Source of the DNA: Fibrobacteria bacterium
GTDB taxonomy: Bacteria > Fibrobacterota > Fibrobacteria > UBA11236
DNA length: 64,000 nucleotides
Direction: 5' to 3'
Assembly (NCBI GenBank): GCA_043732185.1
Contig: JAYTHY010000036.1
Span: forward strand, 1-64,000
Positions within the stretch are counted from its first letter, which is position 1, and each line of letters starts with the position of its first letter. The translations under genes were made by a program, and so were the position numbers. Positions 25,377 through 35,600 of the stretch are shown here, in pieces. The notes beneath the pieces are model-generated. The model did no database searches. It had not been told where the DNA came from and saw only the letters and a list, made by a program, of their open reading frames with translations.

Positions 25377-27785
25377 GTGGATCTTAAGCAAAAATTGGCA
25401 CCGGGCGGAACGAGTAAAGTTGAAAATTTCTTTCTCGCTGAAGAAGGAAACATGAACATAAGCGCCGACCAAGAGCGCGTCAAAGTGGTTACAGTTGGGA
25501 ATTACGTCATACTAGGTCAATTGACGGCGCTGCGATTTCTCGAATGGGTTTCCGAAAATCCGGAAGGCGTGGCTGCTTTGCCCACAGGAAAAACCCCGGA
25601 ATATTTTATCAAGTGGGTCCATCACTACCTTGGCAATTGGGCCACAGAGGCAAAAGATGGCATGCTCGCCAGAGTGGGATTGGGCAATACACCAAAGCCG
25701 CGCATGGATGGGTTACGCTTTGTCCAATTAGATGAATTCTTTCCCATACGCCCCGATCATGAACGCTCCTTTGCTTACTTCGTCAATAAATTTTACTTAC
25801 AGGGTTTTGGGCTTGATCCCAAACGAGCCTTATTGCTGGATACCTTCAGTCTACCAAAAGGATTGGAAGAAGCTGCATTTCCCCATAAAAATCTTCAAGA
25901 CGTATTTGCGGACGGCAATATTGATCTCGATTTAAGAATCCGACAAGCCGCCAATGAAAAAGAAATCCTTCAGCAACGCGTGATCAATCGTTTCGAAGAA
26001 TTCTGTGAAGGCTACGAAGAACGTATCCGTAATATGGGCGGTATCGGTTTCTTCTTAGGCGGCATTGGCCCAGACGGGCATATCGCTTTTAATATCCGGG
26101 GCACCAGCCACCATTCCACCACGCGCATGGACAAGTTGAATTATGAAAGTCAGGCGGCTGCATCCACCGATCTCGGCGGCATCGATGCAGTGCGCAAGAA
26201 AGCGGTGATTACCATCGGGCTCGGGACAATCACCTACAATCCTAAAGCCGTGGCCATTATCATGGCAGCGGGAGAAACCAAAGCCCATATTGTAGCCAAT
26301 GCCCTAGAGAATCCTCCCACCATTCAAAATCCCGCCAGCTCTTTACAGAAACTTCCCAATGCGCGCTTTTTCCTGACCACTGGATCGAGCTCTAGACTAA
26401 AGGCGCGTCGACTTGCGAATCTGCTCGCCATGCCCTCGCCCAAACGGCGTGATTTGGAACGCTTGATGATTGATGGCGCGCTTACGGAAACGTCGCAAGA
26501 TGTTAATCCGGCTGCGCTGCGGACCTCGGCTCTGAAAGTTTCCAATCAAGACGTCCCCGAATGGAATCTGGCAGCCAAAATTGGGCGCACCTCCATTCCC
26601 AATCTATTGGAGACTGTCGCCGCATCCGTCAAAGCCAAATTTCAGCGGGGCCGCGAAATGCCTGCGGACCAGATTTGGCTGCATACAGCCCCGCATCATG
26701 ACGATATTGAATTGGCGTATTTTCCTGTCATCCATCACCTGGTTCGATCCGAACGGCATCAAAGTCATTTCTGTTATTTGACCAGTGGGTTTACGGCTGT
26801 AACCAATGAATACCTTTTGACTCGGCTCCATCAATTGGCTGACCTTCTGCATACAGGAGGATTGGGTCGAAAAATACCAGTGGCCGATTTACGCCTTCCC
26901 GCTACCGGTCAGCAGGAGATCCATGGGTATCTCAAGGCCATTTCGCAGCGCAACAAAGAAGCGGAAGAGTACTATACGGCGTGCCGTTTGTCTCGATTCG
27001 TATTTGAAAAACGCGCAGACTTATCGGAGGCGGAAGCTTTGGACTATATCCGAACGCAAACCGCACTGTTGGAAAATCTGGAGCCGGGCCAAGTGGATCC
27101 TGAATCCATCCAACATATGAAAGGTTGGATTAGAGAATGGGAAGCCGAGCTCGTTTGGGCCCATTTTGGTCACGACCGTGACAATGTCCATCACTTAAGG
27201 CTTAAATTTTATACGGGCGAGATTTTCCCGGAAGATCCGGACTATCAACGGGATGTGGTGCCCATTCTAGAACTTTTGGAAAAAGTAAAACCCAATATCG
27301 TAACCGTGGCCATGGACCCGGAGGGAAGCGGTCCAGATACCCATTTCAAGGTCTTGATTGCCGTGGCCCGGGCATTGGAAGCGTATGTAAAAATCCATGG
27401 AGACACAGGCATCCGGGTATTTGGTTATCGCAACATTTGGTCCCGATATCATATCGCCGAGGCAGACACTATTGTGCCCATTTCCTTAAACTCTTTTGCC
27501 GTGCTGGATAGCATGTTTAAAACCTGCTTTATCAGCCAAAGGACGGCATCCTTCCCAAGCCACGAACTGAACGGGACCTTCAGCAAGTTGGCGCAAAAAA
27601 TATGGGTGGAACAGCATAACGATTTGAACAAACTGATGGGCCGGGATTTCTTCTATGCCAGCCCCAATCCCATGCTGCGTCGGGCCTATGGCGCCATTTA
27701 CCTCAAGGATATGACCTACGCGGAATTCCGGGAAGAAATGGAACCGATGTACAAGTTTCTGGATTCCAAAAAAAGTTTGCTGTAA
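25377..27785 (+). CDS. nagB: Glucosamine-6-phosphate deaminase-like domain fused to PIG-L family deacetylase-like domain
   Basis: LPTGKTP, QLDEF, GGIGPDGHIAFN and ITIGLGTI (NagB); HTAPHHDD and GPDTH (PIG-L/LmbE); SQRTASFPS. Confidence 0.8.
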   Translation: MDLKQKLAPGGTSKVENFFLAEEGNMNISADQERVKVVTVGNYVILGQLTALRFLEWVSENPEGVAALPTGKTPEYFIKWVHHYLGNWATEAKDGMLARVGLGNTPKPRMDGLRFVQLDEFFPIRPDHERSFAYFVNKFYLQGFGLDPKRALLLDTFSLPKGLEEAAFPHKNLQDVFADGNIDLDLRIRQAANEKEILQQRVINRFEEFCEGYEERIRNMGGIGFFLGGIGPDGHIAFNIRGTSHHSTTRMDKLNYESQAAASTDLGGIDAVRKKAVITIGLGTITYNPKAVAIIMAAGETKAHIVANALENPPTIQNPASSLQKLPNARFFLTTGSSSRLKARRLANLLAMPSPKRRDLERLMIDGALTETSQDVNPAALRTSALKVSNQDVPEWNLAAKIGRTSIPNLLETVAASVKAKFQRGREMPADQIWLHTAPHHDDIELAYFPVIHHLVRSERHQSHFCYLTSGFTAVTNEYLLTRLHQLADLLHTGGLGRKIPVADLRLPATGQQEIHGYLKAISQRNKEAEEYYTACRLSRFVFEKRADLSEAEALDYIRTQTALLENLEPGQVDPESIQHMKGWIREWEAELVWAHFGHDRDNVHHLRLKFYTGEIFPEDPDYQRDVVPILELLEKVKPNIVTVAMDPEGSGPDTHFKVLIAVARALEAYVKIHGDTGIRVFGYRNIWSRYHIAEADTIVPISLNSFAVLDSMFKTCFISQRTASFPSHELNGTFSKLAQKIWVEQHNDLNKLMGRDFFYASPNPMLRRAYGAIYLKDMTYAEFREEMEPMYKFLDSKKSLL

Positions 27786-27895
27786 GGCACGCAAGTCATT
27801 CTAAAATCGGCCAGCAAAAATGTTCAGGGCATAAGTATCTTATACCCTGCTTGTTTTGATAACCTGATAACGAGGAGGGTGCCTTAGGGCCGCAT

Positions 27896-29209
27896 ATGAA
27901 CTCAAAAATTCGCATACAGCTTTCTGTAATGATGTTCTTGCAATTCTTTACTTGGGGTGCCTGGTTCGTTACCCTGGGCCAATGTCTAGGCACCAACGGG
28001 CTGGCCGATATCATCGGTAGCGCCTATGGTACTGCGCCAATAGCGGCCATTTTCGCGCCCCTCTTTTTGGGAATTATTGCCGACCGCTTCTTTGCTTCCG
28101 AAAAGGTGATGGGCGCATTGCTGCTGATCGGCGGAGTGCTAATGTGCCTGGCACCGGGCTTTGCACAGGCTGGAAATGGCAAAATAGTTGCCCTGCTATT
28201 TACCGGCCATATGATTTGTTTTATGCCCACCCTTGGCCTGGGAAACAATATCGTTTTCTCCAATGTTAACGAACAGAACCTTTTTCCCAAGATTCGGGTA
28301 TGGGGAACCATTGGGTGGATCGTTGCCGGCTTAGTCACTGGGTTTCTAGGCTGGGGCGCTAAGTTCAATATTTTCTGGATGGCGGGCATTTGTTCCTTGA
28401 TCCTGGGCGTATATTGCTTCTCCCTACCGACCACGCCTCCTCCGGCCAAGGGCAAGCCGGTTAATCTACGGGCTCTTTTCATGGTGGATGCCTTTTCCTT
28501 GTTGAAAAAACCGGCCTTCTTCGTGTTTATCCTCTGCTCCACTCTCATTTGCATACCGCTAGCCTATTACTATGCCTTGACTTCCAATTACCTCAGCAAC
28601 TCCGGTTTCGTTGCGCCCGCATCCACAATGTCGCTCGGCCAAATGTCGGAAATTATTTTCATGATTCTCATCCCCCTCTTTCTGCGAAAACTGGGTGTGA
28701 AGTACATGATCCTTGTAGGAATGCTTGCCTGGATAACGCGTTATTTGTTATTCGCGTTTGGCGCGCCGGATCAAGTTGCCTGGATGTTGTTCCTAGCCAT
28801 TATCCTGCACGGAGTATGCTACGACTTTTTCTTCGTCACTGGATTTATGTATACAGACCGCGTTTCCTCTAAGGATATCAAAGGCCAGTCTCAGAGCATG
28901 CTGGTGTTCTTTACGCAAGGCATTGGAATGTATTTCGGCTACAAAGTCGCTTTTACCCAATTCGGTGCGGTAGCACCCAATTACACAGCCTTGGATTCCG
29001 CAATCAAAGCTGCCCATCCTGAGGAATCGATTTCCTTTGTGCAATCTTTTGGCCGGATGTTTTCCGTGGAAAGACTCACCGTGGATCCGGGAATTATTTC
29101 CACTGCCATGTCCAGCTGGAAAGCCTTCTGGATTATGCCGGCAGTAATGGCGACAGCGATTGCTGTAATCTTTTTTATTGGGTTCTGGGATAAAGAAAAA
29201 GCGGTTTAA
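27896..29209 (+). CDS. MFS transporter, nucleoside:H+ symporter (NupG/XapB) family
   Basis: MMFLQFFTWGAW, ADRFFASEK, FPKIRVWGTIGW, GQMSE and LHGVCYDFFFVTG motifs. Confidence 0.9.
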   Translation: MNSKIRIQLSVMMFLQFFTWGAWFVTLGQCLGTNGLADIIGSAYGTAPIAAIFAPLFLGIIADRFFASEKVMGALLLIGGVLMCLAPGFAQAGNGKIVALLFTGHMICFMPTLGLGNNIVFSNVNEQNLFPKIRVWGTIGWIVAGLVTGFLGWGAKFNIFWMAGICSLILGVYCFSLPTTPPPAKGKPVNLRALFMVDAFSLLKKPAFFVFILCSTLICIPLAYYYALTSNYLSNSGFVAPASTMSLGQMSEIIFMILIPLFLRKLGVKYMILVGMLAWITRYLLFAFGAPDQVAWMLFLAIILHGVCYDFFFVTGFMYTDRVSSKDIKGQSQSMLVFFTQGIGMYFGYKVAFTQFGAVAPNYTALDSAIKAAHPEESISFVQSFGRMFSVERLTVDPGIISTAMSSWKAFWIMPAVMATAIAVIFFIGFWDKEKAV

Positions 29210-29231
29210 AAAGAAAAGCTGCTTAAAAAGG

Positions 29232-29253
29232 GCCTATCTAATCTAAGATGGGC
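29232..29253. terminator. Possible hairpin between convergent genes
   Basis: GCCTATCT-aatcta-AGATGGGC inverted repeat in the 64-nt gap, with A-tracts upstream. Confidence 0.35.
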
Positions 29254-29273
29254 GTCTGCTCTGCTTCGGGTTT

Positions 29274-29684
29274 TTAAGGATCGATGCTCGAAACGTTTGC
29301 TCCTGTAGATTCAACGTGGATTTCATCAACGTAGGGATGGCAGGCTGTACCCGTTTCCGGAATGAATTTTAAACCCGTATCCTCTCCATGGGCTTTGATC
29401 TCTCTTTCAAAAGTTTTCGTCCATTCTGGATCTTTTATTCGGAATGACACGGTTACGGGGTAATCCAGAGTGTTTTCCACCTTAAGTGCCATTGTGGAGC
29501 CACTTTCTTGGCATTCACGCTTTATTTTAAAGAAAATTCGAACACCGTAATTCTCGCCAGCAAAACTCCACTTTTCCAGCGCACTTTCTTTAATGAAGTT
29601 TCGATTTCCGGCATGGGCACCTAGTAAGAGCATTGCTAGCATCATACCAACTTTGGCAATCTTTACCATAACCACCCCCGGCAT
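29274..29684 (-). CDS. Small exported hypothetical protein
   Basis: Signal peptide (MMLAMLLLGAHA), beta-rich mature part with two Cys. Confidence 0.6.
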   Translation of the reverse strand: MPGVVMVKIAKVGMMLAMLLLGAHAGNRNFIKESALEKWSFAGENYGVRIFFKIKRECQESGSTMALKVENTLDYPVTVSFRIKDPEWTKTFEREIKAHGEDTGLKFIPETGTACHPYVDEIHVESTGANVSSIDP

Positions 29685-29846
29685 AATGGATTATCCCATT
29701 GCTGACAACCTATGTTATTCGGCGTCCACCATGCAACGAAAACATTTTGCCAATATTATTTTGGCGATTTGGCGCAGGAACCACCTCGTTTCGGTCTTTT
29801 TGTAATTTTCAAAGACTGAAATTGAGCCGACTAGTTGGGAGTGTCA

Positions 29847-30896
29847 ATGGCCGTAAAAACGAGTGTATTGGTTCTGAATGTTGGCACACCTGATTCACCT
29901 TCCCCAAACAAGGTGCGGACCTATCTGAAGGAATTCTTAAGCGATCCTCGAGTTATCGATATTCCTGCATTAGGTCGATGGCTATTACTCAATCTTTTTA
30001 TCCTGCCTTTTCGCCCAAAGAAATCCGCCCATGCCTATGCCAAAGTTTGGACCGCTGCTGGCTCTCCACTCCTTGAGTACACGCGTGCGTTCACGGAAAA
30101 GCTCCGGGATCAACTTCCCACAACACATCGTGTGGAATTTGCCATGCGATATGGAAGTCCATCCATTCCCAGCACACTTCAAAAATTGTTGGCAGACGCT
30201 CCGGATGAATTGATTCTTCTTCCCATGTACCCGCAGTATTCATCGGCGGCTACCGGTTCAGCCCTGGAAAAAGTATTTTCGCTGGTCGGCAAGGCATGGA
30301 ATGTTCCGGCCGTTCAGGTGATCGGTCCATTTTTTAAAAATCCAGGATTTTTAGATGCGATTGTTGCAACGGGAAAGCCTCTCATCCAATCCATGGCGCC
30401 CGATCATATCCTATTCAGTTATCACGGCCTCCCGGAAAGGCAAATTCAGAAAAGCCAAAATGTTGAGGGCCATTGTCTAAAACCGAATGATACATGCTGC
30501 GCCGTTCTCTCCGACCAGAATTCATATTGTTATCGAGCACAATGTTTTGAAACGACGCGACAATTGGTCAATCGTTTGGGTCTGGAACCCGGAAGTTATA
30601 CCACCTGCTTTCAATCCCGACTTGGCCGGACCCCTTGGATCAAACCCTACACGGATATTCAAATCCAAGCATTAGCGAAACAGGGGAAAAAAAGGATTCT
30701 GGTTTTTTCCCCTTCCTTTGTGGCGGATTGTCTGGAAACCTTAGAGGAAATTTCGATTCGGGGATTGGCGTCGTTTGTTGAAGCAGGTGGGGAACAACTG
30801 GTACTGGTGCCTTCTCTGAACAGTTCGGATGCCTGGGTTAAGACGGCGGCGCAATTGGTCCTTAATTCCTCTCGAGGAAAAGCGTCCCTGCCGTGA
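29847..30896 (+). CDS. hemH: Ferrochelatase with Cys-rich insertion
   Basis: NVGTP, YLKEFLSDPRVID, MRYGSP, PMYPQYS, SYHGLP, FQSRLG...W..P and FVADCLETLEE motifs; GGGAG RBS before ATG 29847. Confidence 0.95.
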   Translation: MAVKTSVLVLNVGTPDSPSPNKVRTYLKEFLSDPRVIDIPALGRWLLLNLFILPFRPKKSAHAYAKVWTAAGSPLLEYTRAFTEKLRDQLPTTHRVEFAMRYGSPSIPSTLQKLLADAPDELILLPMYPQYSSAATGSALEKVFSLVGKAWNVPAVQVIGPFFKNPGFLDAIVATGKPLIQSMAPDHILFSYHGLPERQIQKSQNVEGHCLKPNDTCCAVLSDQNSYCYRAQCFETTRQLVNRLGLEPGSYTTCFQSRLGRTPWIKPYTDIQIQALAKQGKKRILVFSPSFVADCLETLEEISIRGLASFVEAGGEQLVLVPSLNSSDAWVKTAAQLVLNSSRGKASLP

Positions 30897-30917
30897 TTTA
30901 AATTCGAATTGGTAATA

Positions 30918-32645
30918 CTATTCGGAATCGATGCGAATACGCAGCAATCCAGAAAGCGAAGAAGGCAGCTCGATAACTTTTAAGTTGAAATCCGAATCTG
31001 CCGAACGGTTCCATCTCCATACTCTGGACCCGACGAGATCATAGGCAACGGCACGAAAGGCCCCAACGGGTAGAGAAACTTTACGCACCAAACCGAGGGC
31101 GCGCCAAGTAGTGCTGTACTCGGGTTTCTTGAATGCGAGAGAACGACCCTTTCCAATGCCATCGACAGGGCCAGTATAATCGAGTCGAACGAGATTGCCA
31201 CGTCCACCATTAGTTGGATATCCATTGTCCCCCCAACTGAGAAAATATAACGCGCCATCCGGTCCAATTTTAAGGTCGATGGGATTACTGATGGGATTGG
31301 CTGTGGTCTGGTCCCAGAACCGCTTCACTGCCACTACCCCGCCAGCAGCGTCCATTTGCACGGTATGGATAAGGCTGCGGGAAAAGTCGAATATGAAAAG
31401 ATGCTTGTCATAATACATTGGGATCTTGTTTGGGGAAGCAAGGGCCGGATTGAAATTATATACCGGACCCAGCATGGATGCGTTGGAGCCACCGTTTTCA
31501 AAGACCGGAAAAGCCGTTCCGATGGCTTTATAGGGATACCACACCAAGGCAGGATGGGCTGGAGGCAAATCTTGGATACCCGTATTGTTGGTTGATTTGT
31601 TTTGAAGTGCATTTGGATTGTAGGTGGCGCCACCGGTGGAGGTTTGATAATTGTACTCATTGTAACAGAAATTATTGGCGGTGCAGTACGGCCAGCCATA
31701 ATTGCCCGACATCTTGGCCATGTTGACTTCATCATAACCGCGAGGCCCTTGATTGGGATCATCTATAGTGGCATTGGGGCCGGGCTCCGCCCAGAAAAGC
31801 CAACCGGTTTTTTCGTCCACCGTGAGCCGGAAAGGGTGGCGTACGCCCATGATGTAAATTTCCGGCCGTGTTTTGGGCGTGCCAGCAGGAAAAAGGTTTC
31901 CGGTGGGAATCGTGTAGGTGCCGTTTTCCTCTGGGTGGATGCGGAGGATTTTTCCTCGTAAGTCATTGGAATTGGCTGCGGATCGCTGCGCGTCGAAATT
32001 TGTTCGAGCGGGATCGCGGGGTGAAAATCCCATGGTGGGACCGGAAAAAAAGTTGTTGGTATTGTCAGCCAATCCAATGTAAAGATTGCCCTGGGAATCA
32101 AATGCCAGGCAACCCGTATTGTGTTCATCGGAACTCGTAAGGGAATAGGGAATGCTGAGAATATCCTTTCGCGTAGTCAAGTCCAAATCTCCTGAGGCCA
32201 ACGCCGTGAAGCGGGCCACAACCAGCGCGGGTGCTGGCGTCAAGCTGCCAAAAAGCAGGAATACATGCCGGTTGGTGAGAAAGGCTGGATCGAGGACAAT
32301 ACTATGCAAGCCGTCTTCCCTGACATTGGAAACAGTCAAGGTGGCAGCGGTGGTGGTTGCGGTGGCGGAAGGGGCTTTGGGATCGAACAATCGGACCACG
32401 CCGTTTTTTGACAGCACGTATATTCGGCCATCCGGCAAGAAAGCGAATTGGGTCGGGTTGGATAGATTGCTCATCAGCACTGTGGTTCGGAATAAATTTC
32501 TGGCCGGCTGACCCAGCAGGTTCCCGAATGTTGAAATAATCAGGGCAAGGATCACAATTAGTCGAAAAGATCCAGCCTGTTCTCTTGCCGGCGATCCACT
32601 GTTGCCTGTATATTTGCCTCTGCCCCAGCCTATGCGAGTATGCAT
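30918..32645 (-). CDS. Secreted PQQ-dependent sugar dehydrogenase (GSDH family) with C-terminal T9SS-like tail
   Basis: FLPDGR, EDGLH, HNTG, LRGKILRI, PEIYIMGVRHPFR, NYGWP and GPDGALY motifs; tail includes AYDLVGSRVW. Confidence 0.88.
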   Translation of the reverse strand: MHTRIGWGRGKYTGNSGSPAREQAGSFRLIVILALIISTFGNLLGQPARNLFRTTVLMSNLSNPTQFAFLPDGRIYVLSKNGVVRLFDPKAPSATATTTAATLTVSNVREDGLHSIVLDPAFLTNRHVFLLFGSLTPAPALVVARFTALASGDLDLTTRKDILSIPYSLTSSDEHNTGCLAFDSQGNLYIGLADNTNNFFSGPTMGFSPRDPARTNFDAQRSAANSNDLRGKILRIHPEENGTYTIPTGNLFPAGTPKTRPEIYIMGVRHPFRLTVDEKTGWLFWAEPGPNATIDDPNQGPRGYDEVNMAKMSGNYGWPYCTANNFCYNEYNYQTSTGGATYNPNALQNKSTNNTGIQDLPPAHPALVWYPYKAIGTAFPVFENGGSNASMLGPVYNFNPALASPNKIPMYYDKHLFIFDFSRSLIHTVQMDAAGGVVAVKRFWDQTTANPISNPIDLKIGPDGALYFLSWGDNGYPTNGGRGNLVRLDYTGPVDGIGKGRSLAFKKPEYSTTWRALGLVRKVSLPVGAFRAVAYDLVGSRVWRWNRSADSDFNLKVIELPSSLSGLLRIRIDSE

Positions 32646-32668
32646 TCAACCTCCTGATTAGCTACAAA

Positions 32669-35600
32669 TCAATATGCCTTAGAACTGATCCATACATTAT
32701 CCGCGCCCACTAGGCTGCTGATGGCTTTGGTGCAGGAAATTTCGGGGCTGAGACGGATTTTTTCGCTGACTACGGAAATGTCTCCATGACCTTGTCCTTC
32801 CAAGTGCAACACCAGTTGGCAGGTTCCCTCGTATTCCGAACACAGGTCGTGCAAACGCTGGACATTGGGCTCCTGTAGCCCTGTCGTCTTCATTCTGACA
32901 TGCACGCTGCGAGTCAGTTTTCCACGGGCTTCTGCCAGGGGAAGCACTTTGGTGGCGATGAGCTTGGCCGTATTTTTTTCCTCATTGCGTTTATAGGTCC
33001 CGCGGATCAGGACCATGGAATCGATTTCCACCAGTTGTCGAACTTCCTCGAAAGTGTCTGACCAGAAAACCACTTCGCATTGGCCGACAAAATCCTGAAG
33101 ATCGGCAAAGGCAAAGGCGCGATTGTCCTTTTGGCCCAGCAAGGTTTTGAGCTTGGTGATCATGCCTCCAAAGACGACATTGGAATCCGGCGCCAGGGAT
33201 CGAATGCGTTCAGGGTCCAATGTACTGGTAACGAAACCGGCCAGCTCGGCGCGATACGGCTCCAGCGGATGGCCAGATAGGTAAAGGCCCAAAACTTCCC
33301 GCTCCTTCTCCAGCATTTCATTATAGGGCCACGGGTCGACATTGGGCAGTTGGGGTTGGCTCGCATCCAAGGATCCTGCACTACCGGCTGAGGCCCCTCC
33401 AAAAAGACTGACCTGGCCGACGGAGCGATCTTGTTGAAAGGATTGGGCAAATGCCAGAGCCGTTTCCACGGCCGCAAATTGTTGGGCCCGATTTCCCGGC
33501 AATTCATCGGGCAAGGCTCCACCCAGGATCAGGGATTCCAAGGCACGCCGATTCAAATATTGGGAGTCCACGCGTTGGCAAAGATCAAAAATGGAAGTGA
33601 AGGGCCCGTGCGCGTCCCTTTCTTGTACGATTTTTTCAACCGCTGTGAGTCCGACATTTTTAATGCCGCCCAGGCCGTATACAATCTTCCCGTCCATAAC
33701 CGAATACTTGGCCAAGCTGACATTGATATTAGGAAAAGTGACCTGCAGGCCCATATTTTTACAATCGTTAAGCAAAATCACAAGCCTGGATGTGTCGTGC
33801 ATTTCCGAGTTCATATTGGCGGCCATGAACTGGGCCGGGAAATTGGCCTTGAGATAAGCAGTTTGGTAGGCGATGGTGGCATAGGCAGCCGAGTGGGATT
33901 TGTTGAAAGCGTATTCCGAGAAGGGCAGGAGAACCTTCCAAATCCTTTCGGCGAGTTTTGGGTCATAGCCGCGTGCCTTTGCCCCGTCCACGAACTTAGG
34001 GTGAAGTTCGGCCATTTTCTTTTCGTCCTTCTTGGCCATGGCGCGGCGCAATAGATCCGCACCTCCCAGAGAAAAGCCGCAGAGGATTTGGGCGATTTGC
34101 ATCACCTGCTCCTGATAGACGATGACACCGTAAGTCTCTTTAAGGATCGGTTCCAAATCTTTATGGTAACAGTCCATCGGTTCCATGCCGTGTTTCCGGG
34201 CGATGTATTGGCCGATGAATTGCATTGGGCCTGGGCGATAGAGCGCGTTCATGGCGATCATGTCTTCAACGCTGCTGGGCTTGAGCTTGCGCAGATAGTC
34301 CTGCATGCCGCCCGATTCAAATTGAAAAATTCCCACTGTCAAGCCTTTGCCCAGAAGCTGGAAGGTGGGGCCGTCTTTTTCAGGTAGGGTGAAAAGATCC
34401 AGTTTTACACCCGTGGTTTGTTCCACTTGAAGCAAGGCATCCTTGATCACGGAAAGATTGCGTAGACCCAGAAAATCCATCTTGAGTAGGCCGATGCTTT
34501 CCGAATACGTCATATCGTACTGAATCATCACTTGATCGGAATCCGGCTGCCGAAACAGAGGTGCAAAATTGACCACTGCCTGTGGTGCAATGATCACGGC
34601 CGCTGCGTGCATGCCGGCTTGACGTACCACGCCTTCCAGGCTAAGCGCATAATTCCACATTTGTTTGTATGGGACGCCGCCGGATTCAATGGCTTTGAGC
34701 ACCTCGGGAATATCGGACACATAACTGTTTTCCGATTTTTTATCCGAGGCGGGTCGAACTAATCCTTTGGTCAATGCCGGAATGAGCTTGTTTATCTTAT
34801 CCACTTCTTTGTGATCGATGCCGAGTACGCGGGCGACATCCTTTAGCGCAGCCTTGGCTTTAAGCCGGCCATAGGTTACGATTTGCGCAACCGAATCCGT
34901 ACCGTACTTTTCCACCACGTATTGAATGGCAGCCTGGCGACCGCTATCGGAAAAATCCGTATCGATATCCGGCATGCTCACGCGCTCCGGATTGAGGAAG
35001 CGCTCGAAGAGCAGTTTGTAGCGGATGGGATCCACATCGGTAATCCCCACCGCAAAGGATACCAGAGAGCCTACTGCCGAGCCGCGTCCTGGACCTACCG
35101 GAATGTCCATGCCCCGGGCTGCATTGATAAAGTCCTGGACGATTAGCATGTAACCAGCCACGTTCATGTCCTTCATCACTTTCAGCTCGAATTCAAGCCG
35201 ATCCGTGAGTTCTGGCGTAACGACTGGATAACGCTTGGCTAAGCCTTGTCTCGCCAAATGCGCCAGATATTGGTCCCCATCCGAAAAAGTATCAGGAATA
35301 GGAAATTGCGGAAGATGCAACTTGCCGAATTCAATGGTGACATCGCATTGATCGGAAATACGAATTGTGTTTTCCAAGGCTTGAGGATATTCCCCAAAGA
35401 GCGACTCCATTTCCTCCGCGGACCGCAAGTAATATTGGTCGGATGGAAATCGCGGGTGATTGGGCTCTTTGATCTTGTGGCCGCCCTCGATGCAAAGCAG
35501 GATTTCATGGGCCTCGGCATCGGCCTTCTCCAGATAATGCACATCATTGACCGCTACCAGTTTCCATCCGGCAGATTTGTGTAATTCCAAGAACCGGCGA

